In this document: positions 9,427-19,321 of the stretch, piece after piece
Position numbering within the stretch: the stretch's first letter is position 1
Layout: each line of letters starts with the position of its first letter
Source: Candidatus Thorarchaeota archaeon
GTDB lineage: Archaea; Asgardarchaeota; Thorarchaeia; Thorarchaeales; Thorarchaeaceae
Assembly (NCBI GenBank): GCA_003345545.1
Contig: PRDH01000019.1
Span: 24,129-88,128, forward strand
Direction of reading: 5' to 3'
DNA length: 64,000 nt
Translations under genes and position numbers: made by a program
The notes under the pieces: generated by a model
Databases searched by the model: none
What the model saw: the letters and a program-made list of their open reading frames with translations, nothing else
What the model was told of the DNA's origin: nothing

Positions 9427-10413
9427 TCAGATTGAATGCACAAGTGTATCCACGATGTTATAGCAGAGGTTTGGATGCTCCTTGGAGAAGGCCTCTGTGA
9501 ATACGGTGTTAGATGTTACGATTTTTCCGTTGCACATCTCAATCAGCCTCTCAAGGAGTTCCTCTCCCCTCTCCATGAGGGGAAGCACATGGGCGACTGC
9601 CAAGACCACCTCCTTTGCGCCCTGGTCAAGTAGGCGGTCTCTGGCCTTCAGAAGTGTGCTGCCGCTTTTTGTGAGATCATCTATGACAACGACGTTCAGA
9701 CCCTTGACATCAAGGTCTCCATGCAATTCGACTCTGAAGGAGTTCGTTCTACTCTTTCCAAAACCCTCGATTTTGTATCGCTCTTGTGCTCCTTCATCAG
9801 GCGCGACAACGATGCATTTTCCAAGTTTGAACTCCTTCTCTGCAAACTTGACAAGGTCCGGTACTACGTCGATTATTCTGTAGAGCCCCTTCTCCTTGAG
9901 ACTCCGGACCCAATCCAGACTGTCTGGTGCATGAGGGCTCACGACATGAACCTTGTTGCATGCCTTTGCAATCGTTTCGATGGCCCATCTCGCCGAGGAG
10001 ATCTCGCCTGTTTCAAAGCACTTGTCCTGCAGTGCAAAGGGCTGGAAAGTGAGCACGACTTCGACTGTTTTCGGGGGTTCAACTGGTGTACAGAGATACT
10101 GCTTGTGGCCGCTCTTCTCCACTTCGAGAGGCCTTGAGAACATCTCCAGCAATAGAAGAACTTCAACAACGCGGTCTGATGTACTGTATTGCTCATTTTC
10201 AGCTGGACCTGAGCCGGTACAGCTCTGAATCACGATGACTCTCCTCCCGGAGAGCTGAGTGATTTTCCCTATCTTGACATAGATGTCCGCATTCGGAAAC
10301 ATACGTTTGTTGTCGTAATTGAGGTCCGACGTATAGACTCGGTATCCCAGCTCTTCAAATCGGTTTCGAAGGTGCTCAGCTCCACTGGCTAGGACGACAT
10401 CATAGTCTTTCAT
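9427..10413 (-). CDS. Divergent ribose-phosphate pyrophosphokinase-like (type I PRTase) protein
   Basis: FPNADIYVKI, PFALQDKCFETGE, APDEGA, PRPP-loop VIDDLTKSGSTL; likely start MKDYDVV at 10413. Confidence 0.78.
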   Translation of the reverse strand: MKDYDVVLASGAEHLRNRFEELGYRVYTSDLNYDNKRMFPNADIYVKIGKITQLSGRRVIVIQSCTGSGPAENEQYSTSDRVVEVLLLLEMFSRPLEVEKSGHKQYLCTPVEPPKTVEVVLTFQPFALQDKCFETGEISSARWAIETIAKACNKVHVVSPHAPDSLDWVRSLKEKGLYRIIDVVPDLVKFAEKEFKLGKCIVVAPDEGAQERYKIEGFGKSRTNSFRVELHGDLDVKGLNVVVIDDLTKSGSTLLKARDRLLDQGAKEVVLAVAHVLPLMERGEELLERLIEMCNGKIVTSNTVFTEAFSKEHPNLCYNIVDTLVHSI

Positions 10414-10592
10414 ACTGTCGACCACCGAATGTGGCCGAAGTTCACGCCCTAAAGAGGTTTGCCCCTTAGAGGGAAACAAGTGATTGGGCAGCCTGTATCC
10501 AGTTCGTCCGAATCTGTTCCGTGTACGATGAAGGAATAACCTAAAATGATGGTCTTGCAGAGTTATTCTGCCACTACAGGTCTGTGCTTTGA

Positions 10593-11297
10593 TTGAGTCT
10601 GACTGCGAGAGAACTCCTACAGAGGCTTGCAGATGACACGGGTCTCCCTTATGATACCGTAGCAAAACGTGTCAATCGCAGGATGGAGAAAGGCAAGGGT
10701 TTCCTTGAGGCTGTCACAGAGATTGCAGAAGAGAACAGACTTGATCCTGGGAAGTACAGCATTGATCCTGTGAAGATAGTCGCCGAGGTTGAGAAGATAC
10801 TTCGTGAGGATTATACTCAGACTCTGATGATATCCGCTGTTCTTGGGCAAATGGTTGAAGCCCGAGGAAAGAAGCGTTTTCCTCCTCCTGCATTCTTCGC
10901 CTTCATTGAGATGCTCTCGACGGTAGTCGATGCCCCACATGACACACGCTCCGAGACGTCAACAGAGATTGAAGAACAAGCAACTCGCATAATCGAACTG
11001 ATGACAACTCTCGTATCTTTACTCTGTGAGTGGTCTGAACAGGGGATAATTGGAATCTCTGATGATTGCCCTGAGGCGCTTCGAGAGATTGCCCGTGCAG
11101 TCTTCAGAAAGACAAAACTTCTCCAGGGTGGGCTATGGACATGCATCTCGTGTGGCAATATCGTTGAGGCAAAAGAAACCCACGCTCTCATGTGTCTAGA
11201 ATGCGATAAGAAAATATCCTCGGCCCATAGCATCGAAGCGCGGTTTGGAAGACTGGGTGAGAGAGACCGCAACGGGTATGGATTCACATCTGAATAG
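10593..11297 (+). CDS. Hypothetical helical protein with C-terminal zinc ribbon
   Basis: 234-aa ORF; WTCISCG...CLECD. Confidence 0.7.
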   Translation: MSLTARELLQRLADDTGLPYDTVAKRVNRRMEKGKGFLEAVTEIAEENRLDPGKYSIDPVKIVAEVEKILREDYTQTLMISAVLGQMVEARGKKRFPPPAFFAFIEMLSTVVDAPHDTRSETSTEIEEQATRIIELMTTLVSLLCEWSEQGIIGISDDCPEALREIARAVFRKTKLLQGGLWTCISCGNIVEAKETHALMCLECDKKISSAHSIEARFGRLGERDRNGYGFTSE

Positions 11298-11307
11298 CGT
11301 TTCTGTA

Positions 11308-11949
11308 CTAGAGAGATAGATTCAGATTGAGTCCTCTCTGAAGAAGTTCGAGAGCAACGTCAATCTCAGATTGGAAAACAGATACGTCATCTACTTGGAG
11401 TACTAGCTCTTGGTCACTCGACTCTTCCAAGAACAGAATGACTGGATCAAGACCAGCCACAGGACCTGCGCTAATCAGTGGTGCCGTGATTCCGTCATAG
11501 AAATCAGCTCGCCCGAGAGGAACATCCATTCTCTTCAACAACCGGTCCCCCTTGGAAGAGAGCACCTGTCCGCATGTAGGTCCATCATGAGTCATCACGG
11601 ACACGACAAACCGTGTGGGAACATTGCCTCTAAGATAGAAGAGCATGTCCGTCATCCAATCGTATTCCTTGAAAACAACATCTCCAAAAACAATCATCAA
11701 GTCATCGGCTACCATTCCATGGACTGGTACGACCGGGGCTTTGACATCCACGGGGTATCGATTCCAGGGCGAGAACGCTGGGGAATTGAAAATTAACAAG
11801 GTATCAAAGCCATTCTTTTCGTACAGCTGCCTGCACAATGCTTGCCCCATCGGATTGAGACCCAAGATGACCGAGTACGTTTCAGTTATCTTCTGCTTCT
11901 TGTACACCTCAAGGACTGGTGAAATCCATTCCTGTTCGAATATTGGCAT
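11308..11949 (-). CDS. Hypothetical protein, possible proteasome assembly chaperone (PAC2-like) fold
   Basis: N-terminal VILGLNPMGQ and C-terminal DGITAPLISAG..AGLDPVILF resemble PAC-family motifs; weak. Confidence 0.45.
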   Translation of the reverse strand: MPIFEQEWISPVLEVYKKQKITETYSVILGLNPMGQALCRQLYEKNGFDTLLIFNSPAFSPWNRYPVDVKAPVVPVHGMVADDLMIVFGDVVFKEYDWMTDMLFYLRGNVPTRFVVSVMTHDGPTCGQVLSSKGDRLLKRMDVPLGRADFYDGITAPLISAGPVAGLDPVILFLEESSDQELVLQVDDVSVFQSEIDVALELLQRGLNLNLSL

Positions 11950-12118
11950 AGCAGTTGCTCCGATCTCCTGAATAGTGAGCTCTTTAATGACTGTTCGTGT
12001 TACGAACTCATTACAGTCATAGCATCGCTATTGGTTCATTAGAGGATTATCAATCGATTCATTTATACGGGCACCTCGTTTGAGGCGTTCTCGTCTAACA
12101 TTACCGGTGAGTGCGAGT

Positions 12119-13465
12119 ATGAACAAATACATAGAGACTGTCTACAACAAGCTTGTCGAAAAAGACCCCGATCAAAAGGTCTTTCATCAGGCTGCATTGG
12201 AAGTACTCGAATCCTTGGAGCCTGCTATCAAGAAGTATCCCAAGTACCAAGAATTCTCGATTCTTGAGAGGATTACTGAACCAGAACGTTCTGTTCAGTT
12301 CCGCGTGCCTTGGAAGGATGACAAAGGCAAGATTCAGGTGAACCGAGGGTATAGAATACAATTCAACTCGGCGATTGGACCTTACAAGGGTGGTCTTCGA
12401 CTTCATCCTACTGTCAATCTGGGAGTTCTCAAGTTCCTAGGATTTGAGCAGGTATTCAAGAATAGCCTGACAACGCTGCCAATGGGTGGTGCCAAGGGAG
12501 GTTCCGATTTTGACCCAAAGGGTAAGTCGGATGCTGAAGTAGAGAGATTCTGCGAGAGTTTCATGTTCGAGCTCTACAGGCATATTGGTCAATTCATCGA
12601 TATCCCTGCTGGAGACATCGGTGTTGGTGGACGCGAAATTGGCTATTTCTATGGAGCCTACAGAAAAATCACTAACAATCATGGTACAGGCGTACTGACG
12701 GGCAAAGGCGGCGGATGGGGTGGCTCGCTGATTCGGCCTGAAGCTACAGGTTACGGTGTCGTCTATTTTGTCGAAGAGATGCTCAAGACCAAGAAACATG
12801 ATATAAAGGGAAAAACAGTATGTATCTCTGGCTCCGGCAATGTAGCTCAATATGCAGCCGAGAAGTGTATCCAGCTTGGTGCCAAGGTCGTCACATTAAG
12901 TGACTCAAATGGATGGATCCATGATCCTACCGGCATTACAAAGGAAAAGCTTGCTTGGGTCATGGACCTTAAGAACAATCGCAGGGGGAGGATTGAGGAA
13001 TACGGTGAGCAATTCAAAGTAGACTACTCAACGCAGGGTAGTCCCTGGAGTGTCAAGTGTGATATTGCCCTCCCATGTGCAACCCAAAACGAGGTCGATG
13101 GAAAAGAAGCAAAGACGCTTGTTGATAATGGCACAACTGCTGTTTGTGAGGGTGCAAACATGCCCACGGTGCCGGAGGGGGTCGAGATATTCATTGAGAA
13201 CAAGATTCTTTATGGCCCCGGCAAAGCCGCGAATGCGGGAGGAGTTTCTGTGTCTGGCCTTGAAATGGCACAGAATAGTCAGCGCATCTTTTGGAATCGT
13301 GAAGAGGTGGATGCTAAGCTGCAAGAGATCATGAAGAGTATTCACGCTAACGCATACAAGACCTCAGAGCTCTTTGGGGCAAAGGGCAATTATGTCATTG
13401 GTGCAAACATTGCCGGATTCCTGAAAGTGGCTGATGCGATGATCGATCAAGGTCAATACGCTTGA
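12119..13465 (+). CDS. gdhA: NADP-specific glutamate dehydrogenase
   Basis: GPYKGGLR, MGGAKGGSDFDPKGKS, PAGDIGVG, RPEATGYG, SGSGNVA, PGKAANAGGV; TTTATA at 12062 and GGTGA SD at 12106 before ATG 12119. Confidence 0.96.
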   Translation: MNKYIETVYNKLVEKDPDQKVFHQAALEVLESLEPAIKKYPKYQEFSILERITEPERSVQFRVPWKDDKGKIQVNRGYRIQFNSAIGPYKGGLRLHPTVNLGVLKFLGFEQVFKNSLTTLPMGGAKGGSDFDPKGKSDAEVERFCESFMFELYRHIGQFIDIPAGDIGVGGREIGYFYGAYRKITNNHGTGVLTGKGGGWGGSLIRPEATGYGVVYFVEEMLKTKKHDIKGKTVCISGSGNVAQYAAEKCIQLGAKVVTLSDSNGWIHDPTGITKEKLAWVMDLKNNRRGRIEEYGEQFKVDYSTQGSPWSVKCDIALPCATQNEVDGKEAKTLVDNGTTAVCEGANMPTVPEGVEIFIENKILYGPGKAANAGGVSVSGLEMAQNSQRIFWNREEVDAKLQEIMKSIHANAYKTSELFGAKGNYVIGANIAGFLKVADAMIDQGQYA

Positions 13466-13478
13466 GCAATCAATCCAC

Positions 13479-13520
13479 GCAGGACTTCCTCAGAGTCCTG
13501 CACTTTCCTTTTTCTTGTTT
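13479..13520 (+). terminator. Hairpin plus T-rich tract after gdhA
   Basis: GCAGGACT-tcctcag-AGTCCTGC (8-bp stem) followed by actttcctttttcttgttt, between convergent genes. Confidence 0.65.
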
Positions 13521-13533
13521 CAGGCTCAGAGAA

Positions 13534-14139
13534 TCAACTTCGTATGATTTCGAGTAGCTCCGCCAATCTACGTTTTATGTCAGATTCCACAGTGCGCAAC
13601 TCCGCTAGCTGCCGAATCTGGTCAATCCTTCTCTTTCTGTATTCTGCTTCTGAGACCTTTCCACTTCTTCTCTCACGTTCTATTCTATCAGATTCTGCAT
13701 TTATCTCGTTTCTTCTGGCTTCGGTCAACTCAAAACCTTGTTTCAGGCTCATCCATTCAATCATCGCATGGCTCCTTTCTTCTTCCATTCTCTCCCGGCG
13801 CTGTCTTTCAATCTCCATCTGTTTGAGTTGGTTGTTTGCTGCTCTGATCTCCTTTTGAATCTCGTAGAGTCGAGCTTCAACTTCTCTCTTCACCTGAATC
13901 ATCTGAGTAGACATCGCCCACTTCTCGCGGTACTGCACGATGTGTTCTGATTCCGTAATTCTCCCGGCCTTGAGTTTCATGTCCAATTCGTTCAGTTCCC
14001 TCTGAACATCGCTGAGTTGTTGCTGCAGCTCGTCGTAGGACTTCTTGAGGGAAACCCATTCGACACTGTACTGGCTCAAAACCTCTCTCGGATCCATGAA
14101 AACAGAATCTTCAGGTGACGCGCCTTCACGATGGCTCAT
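13534..14139 (-). CDS. Coiled-coil protein with an internal two-fold repeat (CdvA-like helical motifs)
   Basis: EWVSLKKSYDEL...LKAGRITESEH versus EWMSLKQGFEL...RRSGKVSEAEY. Confidence 0.7.
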   Translation of the reverse strand: MSHREGASPEDSVFMDPREVLSQYSVEWVSLKKSYDELQQQLSDVQRELNELDMKLKAGRITESEHIVQYREKWAMSTQMIQVKREVEARLYEIQKEIRAANNQLKQMEIERQRRERMEEERSHAMIEWMSLKQGFELTEARRNEINAESDRIERERRSGKVSEAEYRKRRIDQIRQLAELRTVESDIKRRLAELLEIIRS

Positions 14140-14290
14140 GCTGGAACTGACTCCATTCCTTCGTTGGAGTTTCAAGAACAAGTAGTCACTTAAGGCATTT
14201 CCTTGAGCCTCCTTCTACGAGTTTTTTCCCGATAATTGGAGGAGCGTTAACCCGTCATCTTAAGAGGCGGCGCTGTCCATCGAATTTGCT

Positions 14291-15370
14291 GTGAGCGGAA
14301 TGGAGATTGAGATGGATCTTGCCCCTTCCGAGGAGATGAAAGAAAAACCATCTGACGTTCTGAAAGTGCCCTTTGGAACCGTGTTTACGGACCATATGTT
14401 TTCCATGCGATTCTCAGCGAAGAAGTGGCATGATGCTCGAATCCATCGCTATGCTCCACTGTCACTTAGTCCAGCAGCACTCTGTCTGCACTATGGGCAG
14501 GGCATTTTTGAAGGCATGAAAGCACACAGACGTGGGCAACGCATACTTCTGTTTCGTCCAGAGAAGAACTTCTCGCGACTGAATCAGTCTGCGATTCGAA
14601 TGGTGATGCCAGAGGTGAATATTGATTTCGCCCTCGAAGTACTGAAAGAGCTGCTACGCGTTGAACGTTCTTGGATACCTGAAGTCTCAGGAAGCTCTCT
14701 CTATATTCGCCCAACAATGATAGGCACTCAGGAGAAGCTTGGTGTGAAACCCTCTGATGAGTACCTCTTCTATATCATATTGAGCCCGGTCGGGCCGTAC
14801 TTCAAAGAAGGATTCAGTCCGGTCCACATCTATCTGAGCACTGACTATGTACGTGCTGCTCGTGGTGGAACTGGTGCCGCCAAGACTATGGCCAACTATG
14901 CTGCTAGTCTGCTAGCCGGAACAAAAGCCGCAGAGCTAGGTTATTCTCAGGTCCTATGGCTGGATGCACTGGAGCGGAAGTATCTCGAGGAAGTAGGCAC
15001 GATGAACATCTTCGTCAAATTCGATGACGAACTCGTTACCCCTCCTCTGACGGGCTCGATTCTTGCAGGAATAACCCGTGATTCCGTTCTAACTCTCACA
15101 AAGGATATGGGGCTGAAAGTCAGTGAGCGCCAGATCTCTATTGGCGAGGTGATTGATGGAATCAATTCAGGAAAAGTGACTGAGATGTTTGGCTGTGGCA
15201 CGGCAGCAATCATTGCTCCGGTCGGATCTCTCTGGTATAAGGGCAGACCGTACACAATAGCTGATGGCAAGATTGGCAGATTGACTCGCCACCTCTTTGA
15301 TGAGCTGACTGGTATTCAGTCCGGGGAACTAGAGGATCCCTATGGCTGGGTTGTGGAAGTAGAGCATTAG
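14291..15370 (+). CDS. ilvE: Branched-chain amino acid aminotransferase
   Basis: FTDHM, LHYGQGIFEGMKA, LYIRP, GGTGAAKT..NYA, EEVGTMN, ILAGITR, GCGTAA. Confidence 0.95.
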   Translation: MSGMEIEMDLAPSEEMKEKPSDVLKVPFGTVFTDHMFSMRFSAKKWHDARIHRYAPLSLSPAALCLHYGQGIFEGMKAHRRGQRILLFRPEKNFSRLNQSAIRMVMPEVNIDFALEVLKELLRVERSWIPEVSGSSLYIRPTMIGTQEKLGVKPSDEYLFYIILSPVGPYFKEGFSPVHIYLSTDYVRAARGGTGAAKTMANYAASLLAGTKAAELGYSQVLWLDALERKYLEEVGTMNIFVKFDDELVTPPLTGSILAGITRDSVLTLTKDMGLKVSERQISIGEVIDGINSGKVTEMFGCGTAAIIAPVGSLWYKGRPYTIADGKIGRLTRHLFDELTGIQSGELEDPYGWVVEVEH

Positions 15371-15380
15371 CTATCTGCAT

Positions 15381-15731
15381 CTATAGCTTTTTTCTCTCAG
15401 CGTCTGAAACCTCTGGCTCTTCTGACTCAAGCCTGTCCCAATCAGGAGGAGGCTCCAATGAAGTATCTACCTCTTCAGTAGGTCTTTTGTATTGCTCTAC
15501 AATCTTGGGGGGCTGCTCCACTTCTTCTCCCCCCTCTTCCTCCTCTGGTTCTTCTAGCCTGAACTCCTTGACGAGTTTGCCTTCTTCGATTCTCTCGAGG
15601 AGCAATCGAAAGAGTTTCTCAACAACCAAACTACGACCTTTGGCTTCGAACTCGATATTTCCTATTCCGAATTCAACTTCAGCATAGTCCGATTTCTTGC
15701 CTTTCTTGTCCTTTGAATCGTCCTCCGACAT
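15381..15731 (-). CDS. Small acidic hypothetical protein
   Basis: 116-aa ORF with a compact beta-beta-alpha N-terminal segment and a Glu/Pro-rich tail. Confidence 0.65.
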   Translation of the reverse strand: MSEDDSKDKKGKKSDYAEVEFGIGNIEFEAKGRSLVVEKLFRLLLERIEEGKLVKEFRLEEPEEEEGGEEVEQPPKIVEQYKRPTEEVDTSLEPPPDWDRLESEEPEVSDAERKKL

Positions 15732-15847
15732 CTTTTCGACCCAAAATGCGTTATACCTTCAGCCTTAATAAATCGTGTAGGCATCCTTGAAATATTGGAC
15801 CTGCCGAAGCATTTTAGAGAGATTGACGCTCATCAACTACTCTCGAG

Positions 15848-16363
15848 GTGGTTCATCTGCCATCGCAACTGGTTGTCGATATGAATCGATGCACTGGGTG
15901 CCGTCTATGCGAGCTTGCCTGCTCTGCAAAGCATGAGGGCAAGTTTCAGCCTAATCTTGCTCGACTGAAGATTGTGCGCTATGACGATTTGGGCCTAGAT
16001 ATTCCTAATGTCTGTGGTCCCTGTGAAACTGCGCCCTGCGTCGACATCTGTCCGGTGTATGCCATGCGTCGAGATCCTATCACCAAGATGACCTTTCTTG
16101 ATGAGGATAAATGTATTCTATGTAAGTCATGTGTTGGCGCTTGTGTCAACGGGGTTATCCTGCTTGATACCGTCAGAATGAGAATAATCAAGTGCAACCA
16201 CTGTGATGGCGCACCTGAGTGTGCAAAAATCTGCCCAACTGGTGCTATTACCTACAGCACTATAACATCTCTAGCTCCTGCTGATCGCCACGGTAAGATT
16301 GTGAGTTACTTGAAAGAGATTGATCGCGTGAGTGCCCCACAAGAAGCAAGTGGAGCTGATTGA
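15848..16363 (+). CDS. 4Fe-4S multicluster ferredoxin-like subunit (DmsB/HydN type)
   Basis: CTGCRLCELAC, CGPCETAPCVDICP, CILCKSCVGAC, KCNHCDGAPECAKICP; overlaps the AOR start. Confidence 0.92.
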   Translation: MVHLPSQLVVDMNRCTGCRLCELACSAKHEGKFQPNLARLKIVRYDDLGLDIPNVCGPCETAPCVDICPVYAMRRDPITKMTFLDEDKCILCKSCVGACVNGVILLDTVRMRIIKCNHCDGAPECAKICPTGAITYSTITSLAPADRHGKIVSYLKEIDRVSAPQEASGAD

Positions 16364-18255
16364 CGATGGCAAGTGGCCATATGGGAATGATACTACGTGT
16401 CAATCTGACGGAAGGAGAGTTCACCACAGATCCCTTACCCAAGCGGTGGAAGAAGGAGTTCATCGGAGGAGACGGTTTCGGGGCAAAGATACTCTTCGAA
16501 GAAGTACCCGCACGAATCGATCCACTGAGTGAGAAGAACAAGCTCATTATCGCTACCGGGCCCATCACAGGGACTCTATGGCCGATGAGCGGCAGAACCG
16601 TATTCATCTCGAAGTCACCGCTAACGGGAATCTGGGGCGAAAGTCATGTGGGGGGATTCCTAGGCCCCGAGCTCAAGTATGCGGGGTATGATGTGCTTGT
16701 CATAGAGGGAATGTCTGAAAAACCGGTCTACATCAGTATTGATGATTCAGACTTGCAGATCAAGGATGCACGACAGCTTTGGGGACTGACGACGGACAGA
16801 CTTACCAGCGCTATCAAAAAGGCACACAATGATCCTGATATTCAAGTTGCAGCAATAGGTCCTGCAGGGGAGCGACTTGTTCGGTATGCGTCAGTGTTGG
16901 TTAACCATGCACGAGCTGCTGGCAGAACAGGCATGGGTGCTGTTCTCGGCAGCAAGAAGGTCAAGGCAATCGCGATCAGGGGGCATGGTGCTGTCGAAGT
17001 CCACGACCATGCCGCATTTGTAGACCTAGCCAAGGAAGCTCACACTAGAGTACGAAGCAATCCTCAAGCCCGAGAAATGGGCAAGTATGGAACTTGGATA
17101 CTGACTGCGGTGAAACAAGAGATTGGTGAGTTGCCAACCTATAACCATCAGACTGGGGTCTTTGATGGCTGGGAGAAGTTAAGCGGTGACTACATTCGCC
17201 CCAAGTACACCGTCAGAGACAGGGCCTGTTTCGGCTGCAGTCTTGGCTGCAAGAAGCTCAACTATGTCCGTGAGGGCCCATTCGCGGGAACTCTCGAGGA
17301 GGGTCCTGAATACGAAGGTCTCATGGCATTTGGAAGCTCTCTGGGCGTAGATGATTACGCCACGGCCCTGAGAGCCAATCAGATTTGCAATAGATATGGA
17401 CTGGACATAATCTCTGCAGGCGCTTCGATAGGCTTCGCGATAGAGTCGTTTGTCAAGGGCGCAATCACAGCAAAGGACACAGGTGGTCTTACGCTTCAAT
17501 GGGGTGACAGGGAACAGATAATCAAACTGCTTCAGATGATTGCTGACAGAGATGGCTTTGGAGACCTCCTTGCAGAAGGAAGTAAGAGGGCTGCAGAAAC
17601 CATCGGCCGTGGTACGAATAAGTATGCTATTCATGTAAAAGGTATGGAAGTGTCCGGGCAAGACGGGCGTACCCATCGGAGTATCGCCCTAGGACATGCA
17701 ACGGGTGCCCGCGGTGCGGATCATCTAAGAAGTCTGGTTGTGGTTGATCAATTGGGCTACAAAGACGTAGCGGCAAGAAGATGGGGAGCTGATAAGCTTC
17801 CAGAGATTATCGATCCCTATAATGAGAAGTACAAGGCCAATGCCGTATTCGAATCTGAGAATGCGTACTGCATTCGTGACACTTTGATAGTGTGCTGGTA
17901 CTCAGTTTCATGGCCTCCAATCTTCTGGATGGAGGACTTTGCCAAGATGCTTCCTTTGGCAACTGGTGAGACGTACCTCGGCCAAGTGAGAAACCTGACA
18001 ACGATTGCGGAACGTCAGGTTACCCTAAAGCGCTTATTCAATGCCAGAGAAGGAATCACAAGAAAGGATGACCGGCTTCCAGATAGGTTTACCAAAGAAC
18101 CCATGCCAGATGGTCCCGGGAAGGGGCAGATAGTAAATCTCGATCCTATGCTTGATGACTACTACACTCTCAGAGGATGGGACGTGGAAACAGGTCTACC
18201 AACAGATGAAACGATAAGACGACTATCATTGGAGTGGACAAGAGCCCACTCCTAG
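16360..18255 (+). CDS. Tungsten-dependent aldehyde:ferredoxin oxidoreductase family protein
   Basis: KSPLTG, AGRTGMGAVLGSK, CFGCSLGC, GPEYE, GLDIIS, DDRLP.RF, YY.LRGWD. Confidence 0.93.
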   Translation: MTMASGHMGMILRVNLTEGEFTTDPLPKRWKKEFIGGDGFGAKILFEEVPARIDPLSEKNKLIIATGPITGTLWPMSGRTVFISKSPLTGIWGESHVGGFLGPELKYAGYDVLVIEGMSEKPVYISIDDSDLQIKDARQLWGLTTDRLTSAIKKAHNDPDIQVAAIGPAGERLVRYASVLVNHARAAGRTGMGAVLGSKKVKAIAIRGHGAVEVHDHAAFVDLAKEAHTRVRSNPQAREMGKYGTWILTAVKQEIGELPTYNHQTGVFDGWEKLSGDYIRPKYTVRDRACFGCSLGCKKLNYVREGPFAGTLEEGPEYEGLMAFGSSLGVDDYATALRANQICNRYGLDIISAGASIGFAIESFVKGAITAKDTGGLTLQWGDREQIIKLLQMIADRDGFGDLLAEGSKRAAETIGRGTNKYAIHVKGMEVSGQDGRTHRSIALGHATGARGADHLRSLVVVDQLGYKDVAARRWGADKLPEIIDPYNEKYKANAVFESENAYCIRDTLIVCWYSVSWPPIFWMEDFAKMLPLATGETYLGQVRNLTTIAERQVTLKRLFNAREGITRKDDRLPDRFTKEPMPDGPGKGQIVNLDPMLDDYYTLRGWDVETGLPTDETIRRLSLEWTRAHS

Positions 18256-18268
18256 TTGGCCCTCACGG

Positions 18269-19228
18269 TCACATTCTGACGTAGTCCACTCGATGTGTTG
18301 CTCCGCAGCTTGGACATGCGTATTGGTCTGGCCCCGTCCAATTAATCTTCTCCCAGGACATCGGAGCGTTGCAGTTCGTACAGTTGTCTTTGATTACAGG
18401 CCTAACAAAGACCGTATTAGCTGCTGCACTAGCCGAGCTCGCTTCCATTTCCTGAGTCGTTTCAGTCGCTGTGTAAGTGGGTCTGACACTGGCGGAGTCA
18501 CTAGTTTCATACTGACTGAGTGGATGATGGGGCACTATGTAGCTGAAAGGTCTAATCAACCAGTCAAGCTTTTCCGCTGGAGTGTTACTCCACGCACGAG
18601 TCTGCCAAACTCTTACCATATGGTCTTGTCTTGGTACGCGCCCTCTCAATTCGAACTTGCCATTTGTGGCCTTTATCTTGATCTTGTCTCCTCTGGACTC
18701 AAAGGTTTCGACCATGTGGAGTGGGAAGATGAACAACTTCCTGCTCTTTGCATCACTCTGATAGAGTCTGTAAGTCGTGAGAATGAAGCCCCCCGGATAG
18801 TATGTGAACACCTCTTCGCCCTTCAGCCAAGCGAAGGTCTGGTAGAAATGCATCGAGAATGGCTCATGATATCCAACGGATATCCATCGATTGTATGGAT
18901 GGTCGGGATGTACGAAGGGCACACCGCTTACTTCGCATATCTTCCTCTGACCTCCCACATTGAGCCGCTCAAACTCCCTTAGACCAAGGGCAGCCCGCAT
19001 TTCCTCTTTCTTCGGCATAGCTCCAACAAGGTTTACAATTCCATTGGTTACCTTGAACATGGCTGAGTTTGGAGTGAGCTTGTACTCTTTGATAATATGA
19101 AGAGGAAGAGTGACGCATGTCTTTGAGCCGCGACAGAACTGAATCAGTCTATAGTTCGTCACGATATACTCCTGATGTTGAGCAAGAACTCGCTCATTCT
19201 CGACTGGGATGTAGGTCACAAGTGACAT
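18269..19228 (-). CDS. Tandem PH-like (bPH/GRAM-type) domain protein with C-terminal zinc ribbon
   Basis: Repeats EYIVTNYRLIQ..LPLHII..FKVTNG and GFILTTYRLYQ..FPLHMV..IKATNG; CTNC-x17-CPSC. Confidence 0.65.
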   Translation of the reverse strand: MSLVTYIPVENERVLAQHQEYIVTNYRLIQFCRGSKTCVTLPLHIIKEYKLTPNSAMFKVTNGIVNLVGAMPKKEEMRAALGLREFERLNVGGQRKICEVSGVPFVHPDHPYNRWISVGYHEPFSMHFYQTFAWLKGEEVFTYYPGGFILTTYRLYQSDAKSRKLFIFPLHMVETFESRGDKIKIKATNGKFELRGRVPRQDHMVRVWQTRAWSNTPAEKLDWLIRPFSYIVPHHPLSQYETSDSASVRPTYTATETTQEMEASSASAAANTVFVRPVIKDNCTNCNAPMSWEKINWTGPDQYACPSCGATHRVDYVRM

Positions 19229-19321
19229 TGTAGATTACACCTACTACATTGAACTATCTATGAAGGCCACTTATCAGAATTAAAACATTGGTTGTACGTG
19301 GCCAGAACGTGCAAGGATGCT

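Noticed and set aside
10414-10665. N-terminal extension of the 412-aa ORF (and similar extensions at 7637, 9393, 21079, 33568, 50178)
   Set aside because: Longest-ORF artefacts that cover promoter regions or neighbouring genes; homology begins at downstream starts
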